From positions 3,520,001 to 3,584,000 of the forward strand of contig CAXXLQ010000004.1 of assembly GCA_963668695.2 (NCBI GenBank): a stretch of 64,000 nucleotides of DNA. Reading direction: 5' to 3'. Shown one piece after another: positions 31,651 to 42,100 of the stretch (within the stretch, counting starts at the first letter, position 1; the number at the start of each line of letters is the position of its first letter). The notes under the pieces are model-generated. The model was not told where the DNA came from. It ran no database searches and saw only the letters and a program-made list of their open reading frames with translations. Source of the DNA: Vicinamibacteria bacterium (lineage in GTDB: Bacteria > Acidobacteriota > Vicinamibacteria > Marinacidobacterales > Marinacidobacteraceae). A program made the position numbers and the translations under genes.

Positions 31651-32690
31651 ATCCGAACCGGAAATTGACGCATGCCTCGGCCGAATCCATGCTCCGACCT
31701 TCCGAACCCGATATAGACGCATGCCCCGGCCATCCGAACCCGAAATAGACGCATGCTCCGGCCATCCGAACCCGATATAGACGCATGCCCCGGCCATCCG
31801 AACCCGATATAGACGCATGCTCCGGCCATCCGATCCCGATATAGACGCATGCTCCGGCCGTCCGATCCCGATATAGACGCATGCCCCGGCCATCCGAACC
31901 CGATATAGACGCATGCCCCGGCCGTCCGAACCCGATATAGACGCATGCCCCGGCCGTCCGATCCCGATATAGACGCATGCCCCGGTCTTCCGATCCCGAT
32001 ATAGACGCATGCTCCGGCCGTCCGATCCCGATATAGACGCATGCCCCGGCCATCCGAACCCGATATAGACGCATGCCCCGGTCTTCCGATCCCGATATAG
32101 ACGCATGCTCCGGCCGGCCGATCCCGATATAGACGCATGCTCCGGCCATCCGATCCGGAAATTGACGCATGCTCCGGCCTTCCGAATCCGGAAATAGACG
32201 CATGCCCCGGTCATCCGATCCGGAAATAGACGCATGCCCCGGCCGTCCGATCCGGAAATAGACGCATGCCCCGTCCGATCCGGAAATAGACGCCGATCCC
32301 GCATGCCCCGAACCCGAATAGACGCATGCCCCGGTCTTCCGCCTTCCGAACCCGATATAGACGCATGCCCCGCCCAGCCGATCCCGATATAGACCCATGC
32401 CCCGGTCATCCTTCCCGAAATAGACGCATGCTCCGGCCATCCGATCCGGAAATAGACGCATGCCCCAGCCATCCGAATCGGAAATAGACGCATGCCCCGG
32501 CCATCCGATCCGGAAATAGACGCATGCCCCGGCCATCCGATCCGGAAATAGACGCATGCCCCGCCCATCCGAACCCGAATAGACGCATGCCCCGCCCATC
32601 CGAACCCGAATAGACGCATGCCCCGGCCGGCCGAACCCGAATAGACGCATGCCCCGATCATCCGAACCGGAATGGACGCATGCTCAACCC
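31651..32690. repeat. Tandem array of ~32 units of 32 bp (31-33)
   Basis: Consensus ATAGACGCATGCYCCGGCCRTCCGAWCCSGAW. GACGCATGC recurs exactly every 32 bp from 31716 to 32164, then with small indels to ~32683. Confidence 0.97.
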
Positions 32691-32786
32691 GGCCGACCCG
32701 GGCAACAACCCCTTCGCGCGGGCCCGCCAGCCACCCCCTACAATGGGCAATTCCCCGGTTGTCCGTTTGGGAAGGGAGGCTGTGAA

Positions 32787-35700
32787 GTGCGTACTTCTGC
32801 CGTTGTTCTGAGTTTTGCCGTCCTCCTGGGCGTCGCCGGTCCGGCGGCCGCCCAGCCGGAGTCGCTCGCCACCCTCTACGAACTGGGAGGGGCCGTCGCC
32901 GACACGAACGGGGACGGCGTCGCCGACCGGCTGCGGGCTCGCGTCGTGCTGGGCGATTCCCCCTCGGCCGCCGAGGTCGCGGCCGCCGCGGACATCGCCG
33001 CCCGGCTCGGCTTCGAGACGATGGCTCTCAACCTTCCCCTGCCCGCGGCGTCGGAAGTCGCGATCGCGGTGGGTGACGAAGCGCTCACCGGATTGGGAAT
33101 CTCCGGCCTCTCCGATCTGGCCGCCGGCCGGGGCGCCGTCGAACTCCACACCGGCGGGGATTCGGTGATCGTCGGGGTCCGCGGGGGTGACGCGGCGGGT
33201 CTTTCGGCGGCCGCGATGTGGTTGGCTTCCCGGGCGCCCCACGTCTTCCGCGCGGGCGATGAGTCCCTCGCCGACGTCGAGGCGGCGGTGATGAGCGCCG
33301 CGGGCGACGCAGCCATGGGTGCTCACACCATGCGGGTGGAGGTGGAAGCCGGTGCTGACGCGCTCGCCTCGGCCGAGGTCCGGGTGGGGGTGGCCGACCC
33401 CGCCGCGGCCGCTGCGGTGGCCGCTGCCGTCGAAGGCGCCGGCGACGACCTGCGCTTCGACAGCCTGGCCTCCCTGCGGGTGGTAGCAGCGCACGCTGAC
33501 GGCCAATCGGCCGCCTCCGTGAGCCACGACCCGCCCGCGCCGGATCCCGGTCCGGTCCCCGGGCGACCGGGGTCCGAGCCCAAGAAGGACCTCGGGCTCG
33601 CCGTCCTCTATGAGCCGGACGGCCTGCTGGGAGATTCCAACAGCGACCGCATCCCGGACCGGCTCGACTCGCGCCTGGTGGTCACCGCCGAGGACCCGGC
33701 CGGAACACTGGCGCTCGCCGCCCGGCTCGGCCTCGAGTCCGCCGGGATGACCTTTCCGGTGGCCGCGGCTGCCGCTGACGTCGATGAACCCAAAGAACAT
33801 CCGACCCTCGTGGTGATCGGTACCGCCGGCGAGAACCCGATGCTCGCGGATCTGACCGTCCCCGACCTTGGCCCCGGCGAGGGTTTCGTGGGGGTGGTGC
33901 CGGAAGCGTTCGGCAAGAAGCACGCGCTCGCCATCACCGGTGGCGATCAGGCAGGACTGGAGCGTGCTCTCCACCAGGCCGCGATCGGCTTCCCGCACCT
34001 GGACTCACACAACCGCAAGAAGGACCACCCCACGGTGGACGGTGTCGAATTCGCCGCCTGGAAGTTCCTGTCGTCCCGGAGCCCTGGCGGCCAGGCGGCC
34101 GCGGCGCTCTACAAGCTGGAGCGGATTGCCGCCGAGATCTCCCACCTGGGGATCCAGAGCTCGAAGATTCTGGTGTCGGTGAAGGATCCGGCGCCGGGAC
34201 TTGACGACTTCGTCGCGGCGGCCGCCGAACGGCTCGGCCTCGGCGAAGCGAGCGTCGAACTCGATGACCGGAACGTGGACAACGCCGCGGTCCTCCACGA
34301 GGAGGTTTTCGAGGTGCCCTCCGAGGTCGAGGAATTCTGGGGCATCGTGCGGAACCAGTTGCTTCCGGCCGTCGGACGCGGCGACCGGGTCCGGGTCATG
34401 GTCCAGTTGAGCGAACCCACCGAGGTCCGGGCCTCGCTCCGGGACGAGCTGGTCGCCGAGCTACGGGGCCGGGGGGCCACGGTGTCCGCCGGCGACGTGG
34501 CCATCCTTTCCGCCTACCGCCAGGGCTACGGGTGGATCGAGGAGTTTGTCCTGCCACAACTGCTCGCGCTCCGGGACAGCGCGACTCCCCCGGCGCGAGT
34601 GCGACTCCTGTTCCGCGAGCACCGGCCGCCGGAGGATTGGCCGCAGCAGGCGATGCACACCCCGCTCCGCTGGCAGCACGCGATGTTCCCCGCGGACGAG
34701 ATCCTGGCCGAGGCGCTGGCGCTCGATCTCGGCGACGTGGGATACGAGCTGCGAACCGAGCAGGACGCGCCCGCCTTTCAGCTCGTGGCCGAGGACGCGA
34801 ACGGCGAAGTCCTGCTCAATGAGACCTTCGACCCGCGGCTCGTGACCCGGCCATTCATGGATCGGTATCCGGACTACGAGTTCATCCAGGTGACGACGGG
34901 CGGCATCACCGCCGAGGTGGACGGCGAGACGGTGGTGGACGAACGGATCCGGACGGACGCCGAGGCCTTTTGGGACCACTACCAGTCGGACACGCTGGCG
35001 AGGGTCTACGACTACCTCATGGAACTCCACGACGGGAAGCCGCGAGGCCCGGTGGATGCGCCCTATTTCGGCCAGTTGAAGGTGGTGCTGTCGCTCTCCG
35101 AGCCCGAGCGGTTGCTGGGCGTCGAGCAGGAGATCGAGTCCACCCACGACGCGCTTCACGAGGACATCTACTTCGTCACCCACAGCTTCCTGCGGCACAT
35201 CGGGCGCAACTCGCTGGGGACCGAGCTGACCTACGGCGGCCGGGTCATCCCCGAGATGCGGGGGAAGACCGACGGGACCCCGGGAACCGCGCACATCCGC
35301 TTCACCGGGTTCAAGACCGGCCGTCCGGCGATCGTCGTGGACTACACGACTGCCGACGGGATGACCGGCACGGTGCGGCGGAACATTCCCAAGGTCGAAG
35401 TGGACCGGCCCCGCGCGATGGCGGCGCGGGTCAGCGCCGGCAGTTCCGGGGTGGACGGGCTGCGGCTACGCGTGAAGGTGGACACCGACGCGGATGAACG
35501 GGACTACTACGTCGAGCGGCACGGCGAGGACGACGCGGACGAGCGGATCCTCTCGGCGGCGCAGGCGACCCGGGTGCTGGATCTGCTCGGGGATTTGCGG
35601 GGCGCCGGGCTCTATTCCGACGAACTCGCGTTCGCCGGGCTCGGGGATCTGGAACTCGCCGCGTCGTGGACGTGGGACTACGAGGCGGACACCGAACGGG

Positions 35701-36926
35701 CGACCACGCTCGCGGCGAACGGCGAGCCGCCTCCCTTGCCCGACATCATGACCTTCCGGGACGAGACGGGCAGCGACGAACAGCTCGTCCAGTGGGACGC
35801 GCCGATCTCACCCCCCGAGGCCTACGGGATCCTGGCCCGGATGTCCGAGTTCCCGGAGGCCACGGTCTACAAGGTCGGCGATAGCTACCTCGGCCAATCC
35901 GTCTGGTCGATGGACCTGATGCCGCCCATGGAGGCGACGCACTGGGCCCAGAAGAAGGCGAGCCTGCTGAAACCGACCATCGTCTACAGCGCCCGCCAGC
36001 ACGCGAACGAGGTTTCCTCGACGTCACACACGCTACGGCTGGCGGAGATGATCCTCACCGATCCCGAGCGCAAGAAGAACCTCGACAAGGTGAACCTCGT
36101 CTTCCACCCGATCCAGAACGCGGACGGCGCCCAGCTCGCCTGGGACATGCACCAGTACAACCCGGAGCACATCCTGCACGCCGGGTACTGGGGATCGCTC
36201 GGGATCGACTCCACCTCGGACAGCGACGACCCCATGCCGATCTTTCCGGAGGCGGAGGTGCGGCCGAGGATCTGGCGGATGTGGCTGCCCGACATCTTCC
36301 TGAACCCGCACGGGTATCCGGGGCACCAGCTCGTCCAGCTCTTCAGCGAGTTCAGCGGCCTGGTGCGCGCCGGACGGCGGACGGAACGGAACTGGGGCTT
36401 CAACAAGGGCTGGTTCATGCCCGGCTTCGACGTCGTGGACGACCCCGAGCTGCCGCGGCACAAGGACATGGCGATCAAGCTCCGCGGCTACATCACGAAC
36501 GCCATCCAGGACACCGGACCGGTGGCCGCGATGAACCAGCGCAACTACGACCGCTACCGTCGCTACGGGATGCAGTTCGATCCCGAAGTGTTCCGGATGA
36601 ACCTCCACAACGGGGTCAACATCGGGATGCCGATCAAAGGCCGCCGCGCGAGTGCCCCGGGCCGTGGAGGCCGCGGCTACGACCCCAAGATCACCATCTG
36701 GGCGGGCGGCACCGAGGCTCCCGACGAGCCGGCGCGCGGCGACTGGATGAAGATCGTGGCGTCAGCGGGCCTCGCCTGGGACACGGCGATCCTGCAGTAC
36801 CTGCTCGACGGGGATCACAAGGTCAACCGCGATTCGAGCGAGTTCTTCGGCGGGGTGTCGATCAAACTGGATCGGCCGCGCCCCCCCGAGGAGGAGGACG
36901 AGGAGGAAACGGAAGAAGGTCAGTAG
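32787..36926 (+). CDS. Large secreted M14 family zinc carboxypeptidase
   Basis: GGGAGG RBS + GTG, signal peptide, DxNxDG Ca-binding-like loops, RQHANE, NADG, NPHGY. Confidence 0.85.
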   Translation: MRTSAVVLSFAVLLGVAGPAAAQPESLATLYELGGAVADTNGDGVADRLRARVVLGDSPSAAEVAAAADIAARLGFETMALNLPLPAASEVAIAVGDEALTGLGISGLSDLAAGRGAVELHTGGDSVIVGVRGGDAAGLSAAAMWLASRAPHVFRAGDESLADVEAAVMSAAGDAAMGAHTMRVEVEAGADALASAEVRVGVADPAAAAAVAAAVEGAGDDLRFDSLASLRVVAAHADGQSAASVSHDPPAPDPGPVPGRPGSEPKKDLGLAVLYEPDGLLGDSNSDRIPDRLDSRLVVTAEDPAGTLALAARLGLESAGMTFPVAAAAADVDEPKEHPTLVVIGTAGENPMLADLTVPDLGPGEGFVGVVPEAFGKKHALAITGGDQAGLERALHQAAIGFPHLDSHNRKKDHPTVDGVEFAAWKFLSSRSPGGQAAAALYKLERIAAEISHLGIQSSKILVSVKDPAPGLDDFVAAAAERLGLGEASVELDDRNVDNAAVLHEEVFEVPSEVEEFWGIVRNQLLPAVGRGDRVRVMVQLSEPTEVRASLRDELVAELRGRGATVSAGDVAILSAYRQGYGWIEEFVLPQLLALRDSATPPARVRLLFREHRPPEDWPQQAMHTPLRWQHAMFPADEILAEALALDLGDVGYELRTEQDAPAFQLVAEDANGEVLLNETFDPRLVTRPFMDRYPDYEFIQVTTGGITAEVDGETVVDERIRTDAEAFWDHYQSDTLARVYDYLMELHDGKPRGPVDAPYFGQLKVVLSLSEPERLLGVEQEIESTHDALHEDIYFVTHSFLRHIGRNSLGTELTYGGRVIPEMRGKTDGTPGTAHIRFTGFKTGRPAIVVDYTTADGMTGTVRRNIPKVEVDRPRAMAARVSAGSSGVDGLRLRVKVDTDADERDYYVERHGEDDADERILSAAQATRVLDLLGDLRGAGLYSDELAFAGLGDLELAASWTWDYEADTERATTLAANGEPPPLPDIMTFRDETGSDEQLVQWDAPISPPEAYGILARMSEFPEATVYKVGDSYLGQSVWSMDLMPPMEATHWAQKKASLLKPTIVYSARQHANEVSSTSHTLRLAEMILTDPERKKNLDKVNLVFHPIQNADGAQLAWDMHQYNPEHILHAGYWGSLGIDSTSDSDDPMPIFPEAEVRPRIWRMWLPDIFLNPHGYPGHQLVQLFSEFSGLVRAGRRTERNWGFNKGWFMPGFDVVDDPELPRHKDMAIKLRGYITNAIQDTGPVAAMNQRNYDRYRRYGMQFDPEVFRMNLHNGVNIGMPIKGRRASAPGRGGRGYDPKITIWAGGTEAPDEPARGDWMKIVASAGLAWDTAILQYLLDGDHKVNRDSSEFFGGVSIKLDRPRPPEEEDEEETEEGQ

Positions 36927-36935
36927 CCTGACCTG

Positions 36936-36962
36936 GCTTCGCCCGCCGGCGGCGGGCGAAGC
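36936..36962 (+). terminator. GC-rich hairpin after the M14 gene
   Basis: GCTTCGCCCGCCG/CGGCGGGCGAAGC inverted repeat. No U-tract. Confidence 0.4.
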
Positions 36963-37035
36963 CGCGAATCGGCAGCTATCTCGCGATGGTTGTCACTCGG
37001 GGCGTCCTCAGCGGGTGCAGTGGTCCCGCCGGTCA

Positions 37036-37378
37036 GGGAACGCCGGTGTTCACACCGGCACCGCGGCCCGGAGGGCCGCGAAACCGCGAATCGCTGCTGG
37101 AGTTCGTGGCGCCTCCGCCAAGATGGCGCGGGGCAGCTCTTCCGGATGGCACGCAGGCAAGGGACCGCCGGTCTCCGACCGGCATCGCGCGGGAGCGCGA
37201 AACCAGCACCGATGACGCTGCGCCCTGCCGACGTGAGTGCCGCAGCCTCTCCCAGCACCGGATGCCGCGACCGCCCACCGCTCCCCCTGTCCGGGGCCGC
37301 GCCTTTCAGCCCAGGCGGGGTGGACAGGAGGACCCGATCATGAGGGTTTCTCCCGGTGGGGGCCTCCGGACCGGCGTC
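37036..37378 (+). repeat. REP-like double-hairpin cluster
   Basis: GGGAACGCCGGTGTTCACACCGGC (37036), GGGACCGCCGGTCTCCGACCGGC (37161), and a partial unit with a micro-insert (~37347-37376). Confidence 0.7.
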
Positions 37379-37401
37379 GCCAGCCAGAGGCTGGCGATTC
37401 G

Positions 37402-38343
37402 CTATGACCCCAGATAGACGTTGTCGTTGTGCCAGCGTAGGAAGTCCTGCCCGGGTTGAAGGGCGGAATCGACAGGCAGCGTGATCTCCTTGCCGTGGTG
37501 AGGGTAATAGCTTCGACCATTCTCATAGTCGTCTCGCAGTCGGCCGCTCACCTCGAGCCTTAGATCAGCTGCAACAGTCAGGTAACCCTGATCGAACAAC
37601 CGGTGCATGTCGGCGCGGAGAAGGAGGCCATTCGGGATCTCGTGGGGGCCCTCCTTGGAATAGGGCTGGATGTGCGCTGCCTCTAGAGCGGGCAGTGAGT
37701 GTTCACCTGTCACGGCACAGGCTCGATCGTAGGCTTCTGTCACGGCCACCCTGAAGGTCCCCTGTCCAAGTCTGGGTTTCACCAGCTGTCGTTTTCCATA
37801 TCTCGCGAGCGCTGGCGTGGATACGCCCTCGCGCAGGCGCTGCGAGACACCTAGCGTGACGACGTGTTCTAAACAGGTTTCCCAAATCCGGAGGCCTTCG
37901 CCATGCGAGAGGTCATAGAGCTTGCTCGTGAGGTTGTTGGATGACCAGTCCGCCGGCTGAGGAATCCAGTAATCGGGCGGGAAGAAAACGGCATCGCTGA
38001 GGAGAATGCATCCAATCTGGGGTACCGCGCCGGCGTGCTTGAACTTGTTGCGGGCGCGAATCTCCTGCAATCGACTCTCCATCGCGTCGAATGACGGCGC
38101 CCCATTGGCTTCGCCAAAACAGTCCCAAGCCAACCAATCAGGCAACCTGGAAAACCGCGCCACCAGTCCGAACCCGCCAATGGCATTGTGTGGAACCTTG
38201 AGCTTGAAGAAGAACGGAGTACCGGGGGCGCCCTTGAAACCGTGGTGTGGCGAAGGGCGCCAAAAGTTCACCTCATCCCAGAAACGTCTCCGCTCCAGGT
38301 GCCGAAACCAGTCGTAGTGGGTAACGGCAACGTATCCCTGCAT
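37402..38343 (-). CDS. HNH endonuclease (putative restriction endonuclease)
   Basis: EVNFWRP N-domain, RLGQG.FR.AV..AY...CAVTG, LEAAHI.PY, NGLLLRAD.H.LFD.G. Confidence 0.92.
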   Translation of the reverse strand: MQGYVAVTHYDWFRHLERRRFWDEVNFWRPSPHHGFKGAPGTPFFFKLKVPHNAIGGFGLVARFSRLPDWLAWDCFGEANGAPSFDAMESRLQEIRARNKFKHAGAVPQIGCILLSDAVFFPPDYWIPQPADWSSNNLTSKLYDLSHGEGLRIWETCLEHVVTLGVSQRLREGVSTPALARYGKRQLVKPRLGQGTFRVAVTEAYDRACAVTGEHSLPALEAAHIQPYSKEGPHEIPNGLLLRADMHRLFDQGYLTVAADLRLEVSGRLRDDYENGRSYYPHHGKEITLPVDSALQPGQDFLRWHNDNVYLGS

Positions 38344-38540
38344 GGTAAGGATTCGGTCCGGGAATGCGTGGTTCCGCGCCCCTTCCGCCTCGGCGGCGTG
38401 ACAGCGGCGTGACAGCAGTGTACTGAGCTCGTCGTCGGATCAGCATGTGGGTGGGCGAACGTACTTTTTGGGCGGTTAGTCCGTAGCAAACCCGACCAGT
38501 AGGCGGCGGGTATCCGCAGGGGAAAGTTCCCCCCGAGGCT

Positions 38541-38876
38541 TCAGCGGGAGAACAGGAGGGTGGAGACCAGCCCCAACACCGTGACCAGGGCGCCGAGGGC
38601 GCCCCACATCAGCCGCATTTCCGACTTCAGCCCGTCCATCCGGGTGGCCAGGACATCGAGTTTCGCGCCGTGTTCGGCAAGCGTCTCGCCCTGTTTGGTC
38701 ACGAGCTGTTCGAGTCTTGTGAGGTGCGCCACCACGTTCTCGCCAGCCACGTCCTTGACCTCTTCCGCCGCAGTATAGGCGACCTCCGCGTCACATCCCG
38801 CCTTCAGCAACGCCCGGAGAAGGCGCCCTTCCTCGTTAGCGTTGCCGGCGCTCCAACGGGGTCTTCGGGCGGCAGG
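38541..38876 (-). pseudogene. Small coiled-coil + C-terminal TM protein (DUF1640/CCDC90-like), 5' end cut by IS256
   Basis: RALLKAGCDAEVAY...EMRLMWGALG + TM. Paralog of 41499-41908. Confidence 0.6.
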
Positions 38877-40264
38877 GAGCTATGGTCGAAAGTGGGTGAC
38901 GGCATGATCAGGCGGCGGCGCGGGTTTCGGTTTCGTCGGCCTGAATGCCGTCGGTGAATTTGACGCCCTGGATGACCCGGGGCAACTTCTCGTAGCCGTT
39001 GAGGCGGCGCCAGGTCTTGCTGGCGGCAGTCACCAGCTTGAAGACCATCGCGAGCGCCGTCTGGTGGGAGAGGCAGCCCTTGCTGCGAACGGTGCGATGC
39101 CGGACCGTCGCGAAGACGCTCTCGATGGGGTTCGTGGTCCGGATGTGCTGCCAGTGCTCCGCCGGGAAGTCGTAGAACGCGAGCAGCTCCTCCCGGTCCT
39201 TGGTCAGGCAGGGGACCGCCTTCGGATACTTGGCCTGGTATTTGGCGGCGAAGGTGTCCAACGCCTTCTCCGCCGCGGCGCGGCCGGCCGCCATCCAGAT
39301 CTGGTGCAGGTCCTGCTTCGCGTTCCGCTGCCGGGCCTTCGGCAACGCGTTCAGCACGTTGGCGGTCTTGTGCACCCAGCAGCGCTGGCGGCGCGTCTTG
39401 GGGAAGCTCGCGTCCAGCGCCTTCCAGAAGCCGAGAGCCCCGTCCCCGATCGCCAGTTCCGGGCGGATCGGGAGGCCACGCCCCTTCAGATCCTCCAGGA
39501 GTTCCCGCCAGCTCTGAGCGCTCTCCCGGAACCCCGCCTGGAACCCCAGCAGTTCCTTCCGGCCCTCCGGCGTCGCCCCGATCAACACCAAAACGCACTG
39601 CTTCTCGTCTTCCAGCCGACCCTGAAGGTAGATCCCGTCCGCCCAGACATAGACATACCGTCGGTTCGAGAGATCCCGGAGCCGCCAACGCTCGTGCTCC
39701 GCCTCCCATGCCGATTTGAGACGACCGATCACACCCGGCGACAGCCCCGACGCCCCCGGACCCACCAGCTCCGACAGCGCCTCCCCGAAGTCCCCGCTCG
39801 ACACTCCCAGCAGATACAGCGTCGGCAGCGCCGCGTCCAAGGAGCGCGTCCGCCGCGCGAACCGCGGCAGGATCGTCGAGGAAAACCGGATCCGATCCTC
39901 CCCCCCGCCTCCCCGGTCCCGTACTTTCGGCCGCCGCACCGGAACCGGCCCGATCCCCGTCAGGATCTCCCGCTCCGGGCCATGCCCGTGACGCACCAGG
40001 CGCCGACGGCCGGTCTCGGTCCGATGATCGGCGTAGGCCGCCAGCAGCGCGGCCACCTCCGCTTCCACGGCGTGCCTCACCAACTGCCGGGCCCCCGCTC
40101 GCAGAACCTCCGTCAGCGGGTCCTCAACTCCCTCTGCTGAGGGAAGGAAAACAACGGTACTCTCCGTCATGGCGTATCACTCCTCTTTGGAGATGTGGAA
40201 GGTTGGTTACTCCCACGATACGCCACCCCCTTCTCTCGCCGTCACCCACTTTCGACCATAGCTC
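38877..40264 (-). mobile_element. IS256-family insertion sequence
   Basis: Perfect 27-bp TIRs GAGCTATGGTCGAAAGTGGGTGACGGC (38877-38903 and 40238-40264). No target duplication. Confidence 0.95.
38908..40170 (-). CDS. IS256 family DDE transposase
   Basis: YVWADGIY, GDGALGFW.AL, QRCWVHK, IRTTNPIES.F. Confidence 0.97.
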   Translation of the reverse strand: MTESTVVFLPSAEGVEDPLTEVLRAGARQLVRHAVEAEVAALLAAYADHRTETGRRRLVRHGHGPEREILTGIGPVPVRRPKVRDRGGGGEDRIRFSSTILPRFARRTRSLDAALPTLYLLGVSSGDFGEALSELVGPGASGLSPGVIGRLKSAWEAEHERWRLRDLSNRRYVYVWADGIYLQGRLEDEKQCVLVLIGATPEGRKELLGFQAGFRESAQSWRELLEDLKGRGLPIRPELAIGDGALGFWKALDASFPKTRRQRCWVHKTANVLNALPKARQRNAKQDLHQIWMAAGRAAAEKALDTFAAKYQAKYPKAVPCLTKDREELLAFYDFPAEHWQHIRTTNPIESVFATVRHRTVRSKGCLSHQTALAMVFKLVTAASKTWRRLNGYEKLPRVIQGVKFTDGIQADETETRAAA

Positions 40265-40423
40265 GACCTCAAGTCGTTCTAGCCGGAGCGAATCGTACCG
40301 AGCAGCCTGAAGCTCATTTTTCTTCTGTCTTGCAAGAAACACCCATCCCAAGATTGCGATAACCAGCGGCGTTGCGAGCGTCGCTAGCAGATCAACCCAA
40401 TCGATGGACTGCGGCTCAGTCAC
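40265..40423 (-). pseudogene. N-terminal fragment of a membrane-anchored protein truncated by IS256
   Basis: MTEPQ...TPLVIAILGWVFL TM segment. The frame runs straight into the IS end. Confidence 0.55.
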
Positions 40424-40669
40424 GCTTCCTGGTAGTGGTCAAGTTGTCTTTCTCCGACCATCCCAGGGCCTCCAGGAGAGAACCAGGGAGTACGGCTCTC
40501 TGGACAGCCAGCGCAGGGCAGCGTGACTGAACGCTCAGCAGCCGCCCGTTACGGCCTCCGGGAAATAGTGCTCGGCCGAACCCAACACACGCCGTTCTAG
40601 CCCGAGCCACCTGGACTCCCGACCAAGAGAGCAGGGAACGCCGAAGACCAGCGAGCTCGGCACCGTTTC

Positions 40670-41101
40670 TCAGCCGGATGGCGCGAGTGGATGTCGCCAC
40701 CGAAGCTCCGGAAAACGAGCGAAATCGCTGTCGGTAGAGACCAACTCGCACCCATGTTCGATGGCCAGCGCCGCCAAGTATGCGTCCGTCACGAGCGGCC
40801 CCTCAATCTTCCGGCACAACCCGACGAAAATGTCCCAATGCCGCTGGCCGGGAGCGATCATGACCGCACGAGGCCGCGTCACCAGCTGCTGACAGAACCG
40901 GATGGCGGTGTCCATCGGGGTCGGGGGATCGAAGATTCTCCGGTTCGTCACGATCCGCAAAAAGCCGGCGAGCACGACTTCGGACAGCGCGAACGGAGCG
41001 GACGAAACGGTCAGTGCGCGCAGCCAGCCGGCGTATCGCTCGTGTTCCGGGCCGTCCTCGCGGTGCGCGTAGATCAGGATGTTGACATCGGGGAGCAGCA
41101 C
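40670..41101 (-). CDS. VapC PIN-domain toxin
   Basis: LLPDVNILIYAHR.D, GFLRIVT, DAYLAALAIE, STD.DFARF..LRW. Confidence 0.93.
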   Translation of the reverse strand: MLLPDVNILIYAHREDGPEHERYAGWLRALTVSSAPFALSEVVLAGFLRIVTNRRIFDPPTPMDTAIRFCQQLVTRPRAVMIAPGQRHWDIFVGLCRKIEGPLVTDAYLAALAIEHGCELVSTDSDFARFPELRWRHPLAPSG

Positions 41102-41104
41102 CGG

Positions 41105-41362
41105 CTATCTCCGATCCCGGTAGCGCTCCACGTCCTCGGCCTCGAGGAGCGCCGAAGCCTTGTCGAGGTTGTGTTCCGAGAAGCGACCTCCGGCACCGAA
41201 GGTGACCAGTTCGAAGGGTTCCTCGGGGGTGCCCGCCGTGGGTGCCCGCAGGAAGAGGCGGACGGCGTGTTCGATCAGCCGGCTGACGGACCCGCCAGAC
41301 TGGGCTGCCCGCTCTTTGAGTTGCTCCATGACTTGGCTGTCAACGGTGATGGTGGTGCGCAT
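41105..41362 (-). CDS. VapB/CopG-type antitoxin
   Basis: MRTTI.VD......LKE.AA....SVS.LIE.AVR. Confidence 0.88.
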   Translation of the reverse strand: MRTTITVDSQVMEQLKERAAQSGGSVSRLIEHAVRLFLRAPTAGTPEEPFELVTFGAGGRFSEHNLDKASALLEAEDVERYRDRR

Positions 41363-41498
41363 GATGCACAAGCATACGGCTAATGCACCACTACATCAAT
41401 TGCCCTGAACGGGGCCTGGCGTGTCTCGCCAATGGGTGTTGTACCGGGCTGTGCCAGGGGGTTGATCGCGGAACGCCGACTTCCAGTGTGTCGAGCGT

Positions 41499-41908
41499 TC
41501 AGCAAGAGAACAGGAGGGTGAAGACCAGGCCCAGAACCGTCACCAGAGTGCCGCGGGCGCCCCACATCAGCCTCATTTCCGCCCTCGGCGAGTCCGTCCC
41601 GGCGGCGAGGAGGTCGGGTTTCAAGTCGCGTTCGGCGAGTTTCTCCCGTGCTGGGTGACGAGCTGCTCGAGCTTGGTGAGGGCCGCGTCTGCATTCTCCC
41701 CGGCCATCGTTTTCGCCTCTTCCACCGCAACATAGGCAAGTTCCGCGTCGCAGCCGGCCCTCACGAGTGCCCGAAAGAACGCGGCCGCCGGCGACAGAGG
41801 GGGCGTATCGCCGGCCCTTCCAGACGGGGGGGCCGGTAATGACGCTTGGTGCGGTGGCTCAGACTCCGTCACGGCGGGCTTCGGCTGATCGTCACTGATG
41901 TCAGACAT
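41499..41908 (-). pseudogene. Frameshifted paralog of 38541-38876
   Basis: FFRALVRAGCDAELAY in one frame, EMRLMWGA..TLVTVLGLV in another. Shift near 41645. Confidence 0.65.
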
Positions 41909-42100
41909 GGGATTTCCTCCGTCGGGGATCTGGCGCCCGCAACACGCGGGGGCCCCCTGAAACATACGGACGAAATTCAGGGCCGTTTCGTCCCACTTCC
42001 CGCGCCGCTGTGGACAAGTCGTGCGTTACCGGGCCCAAAGTCCGGCACTTGCGCCGCCCGCGTTCGCCGTGGACGCCCTGCGCCGCTCTAAGATTCCGCC

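Noticed and set aside
31508-32661. Long repetitive minus-strand ORFs (GHASISGSDGRGMRLY...)
   Set aside because: All three minus frames are open simply because the unit has no stop on that strand. The period is not a multiple of 3, and the real gene has a signal peptide starting at 31616.
31651-32690. CRISPR array
   Set aside because: Inter-core segments are variants of one sequence, not unique spacers. Period is only 32 bp and no cas genes are present.
38877-40264. IS256 as the mobiliser of the MITE family
   Set aside because: Its TIRs (GAGCTATGG...) and usual 8-9 bp TSD do not match CAGCC ends with TA-containing targets.
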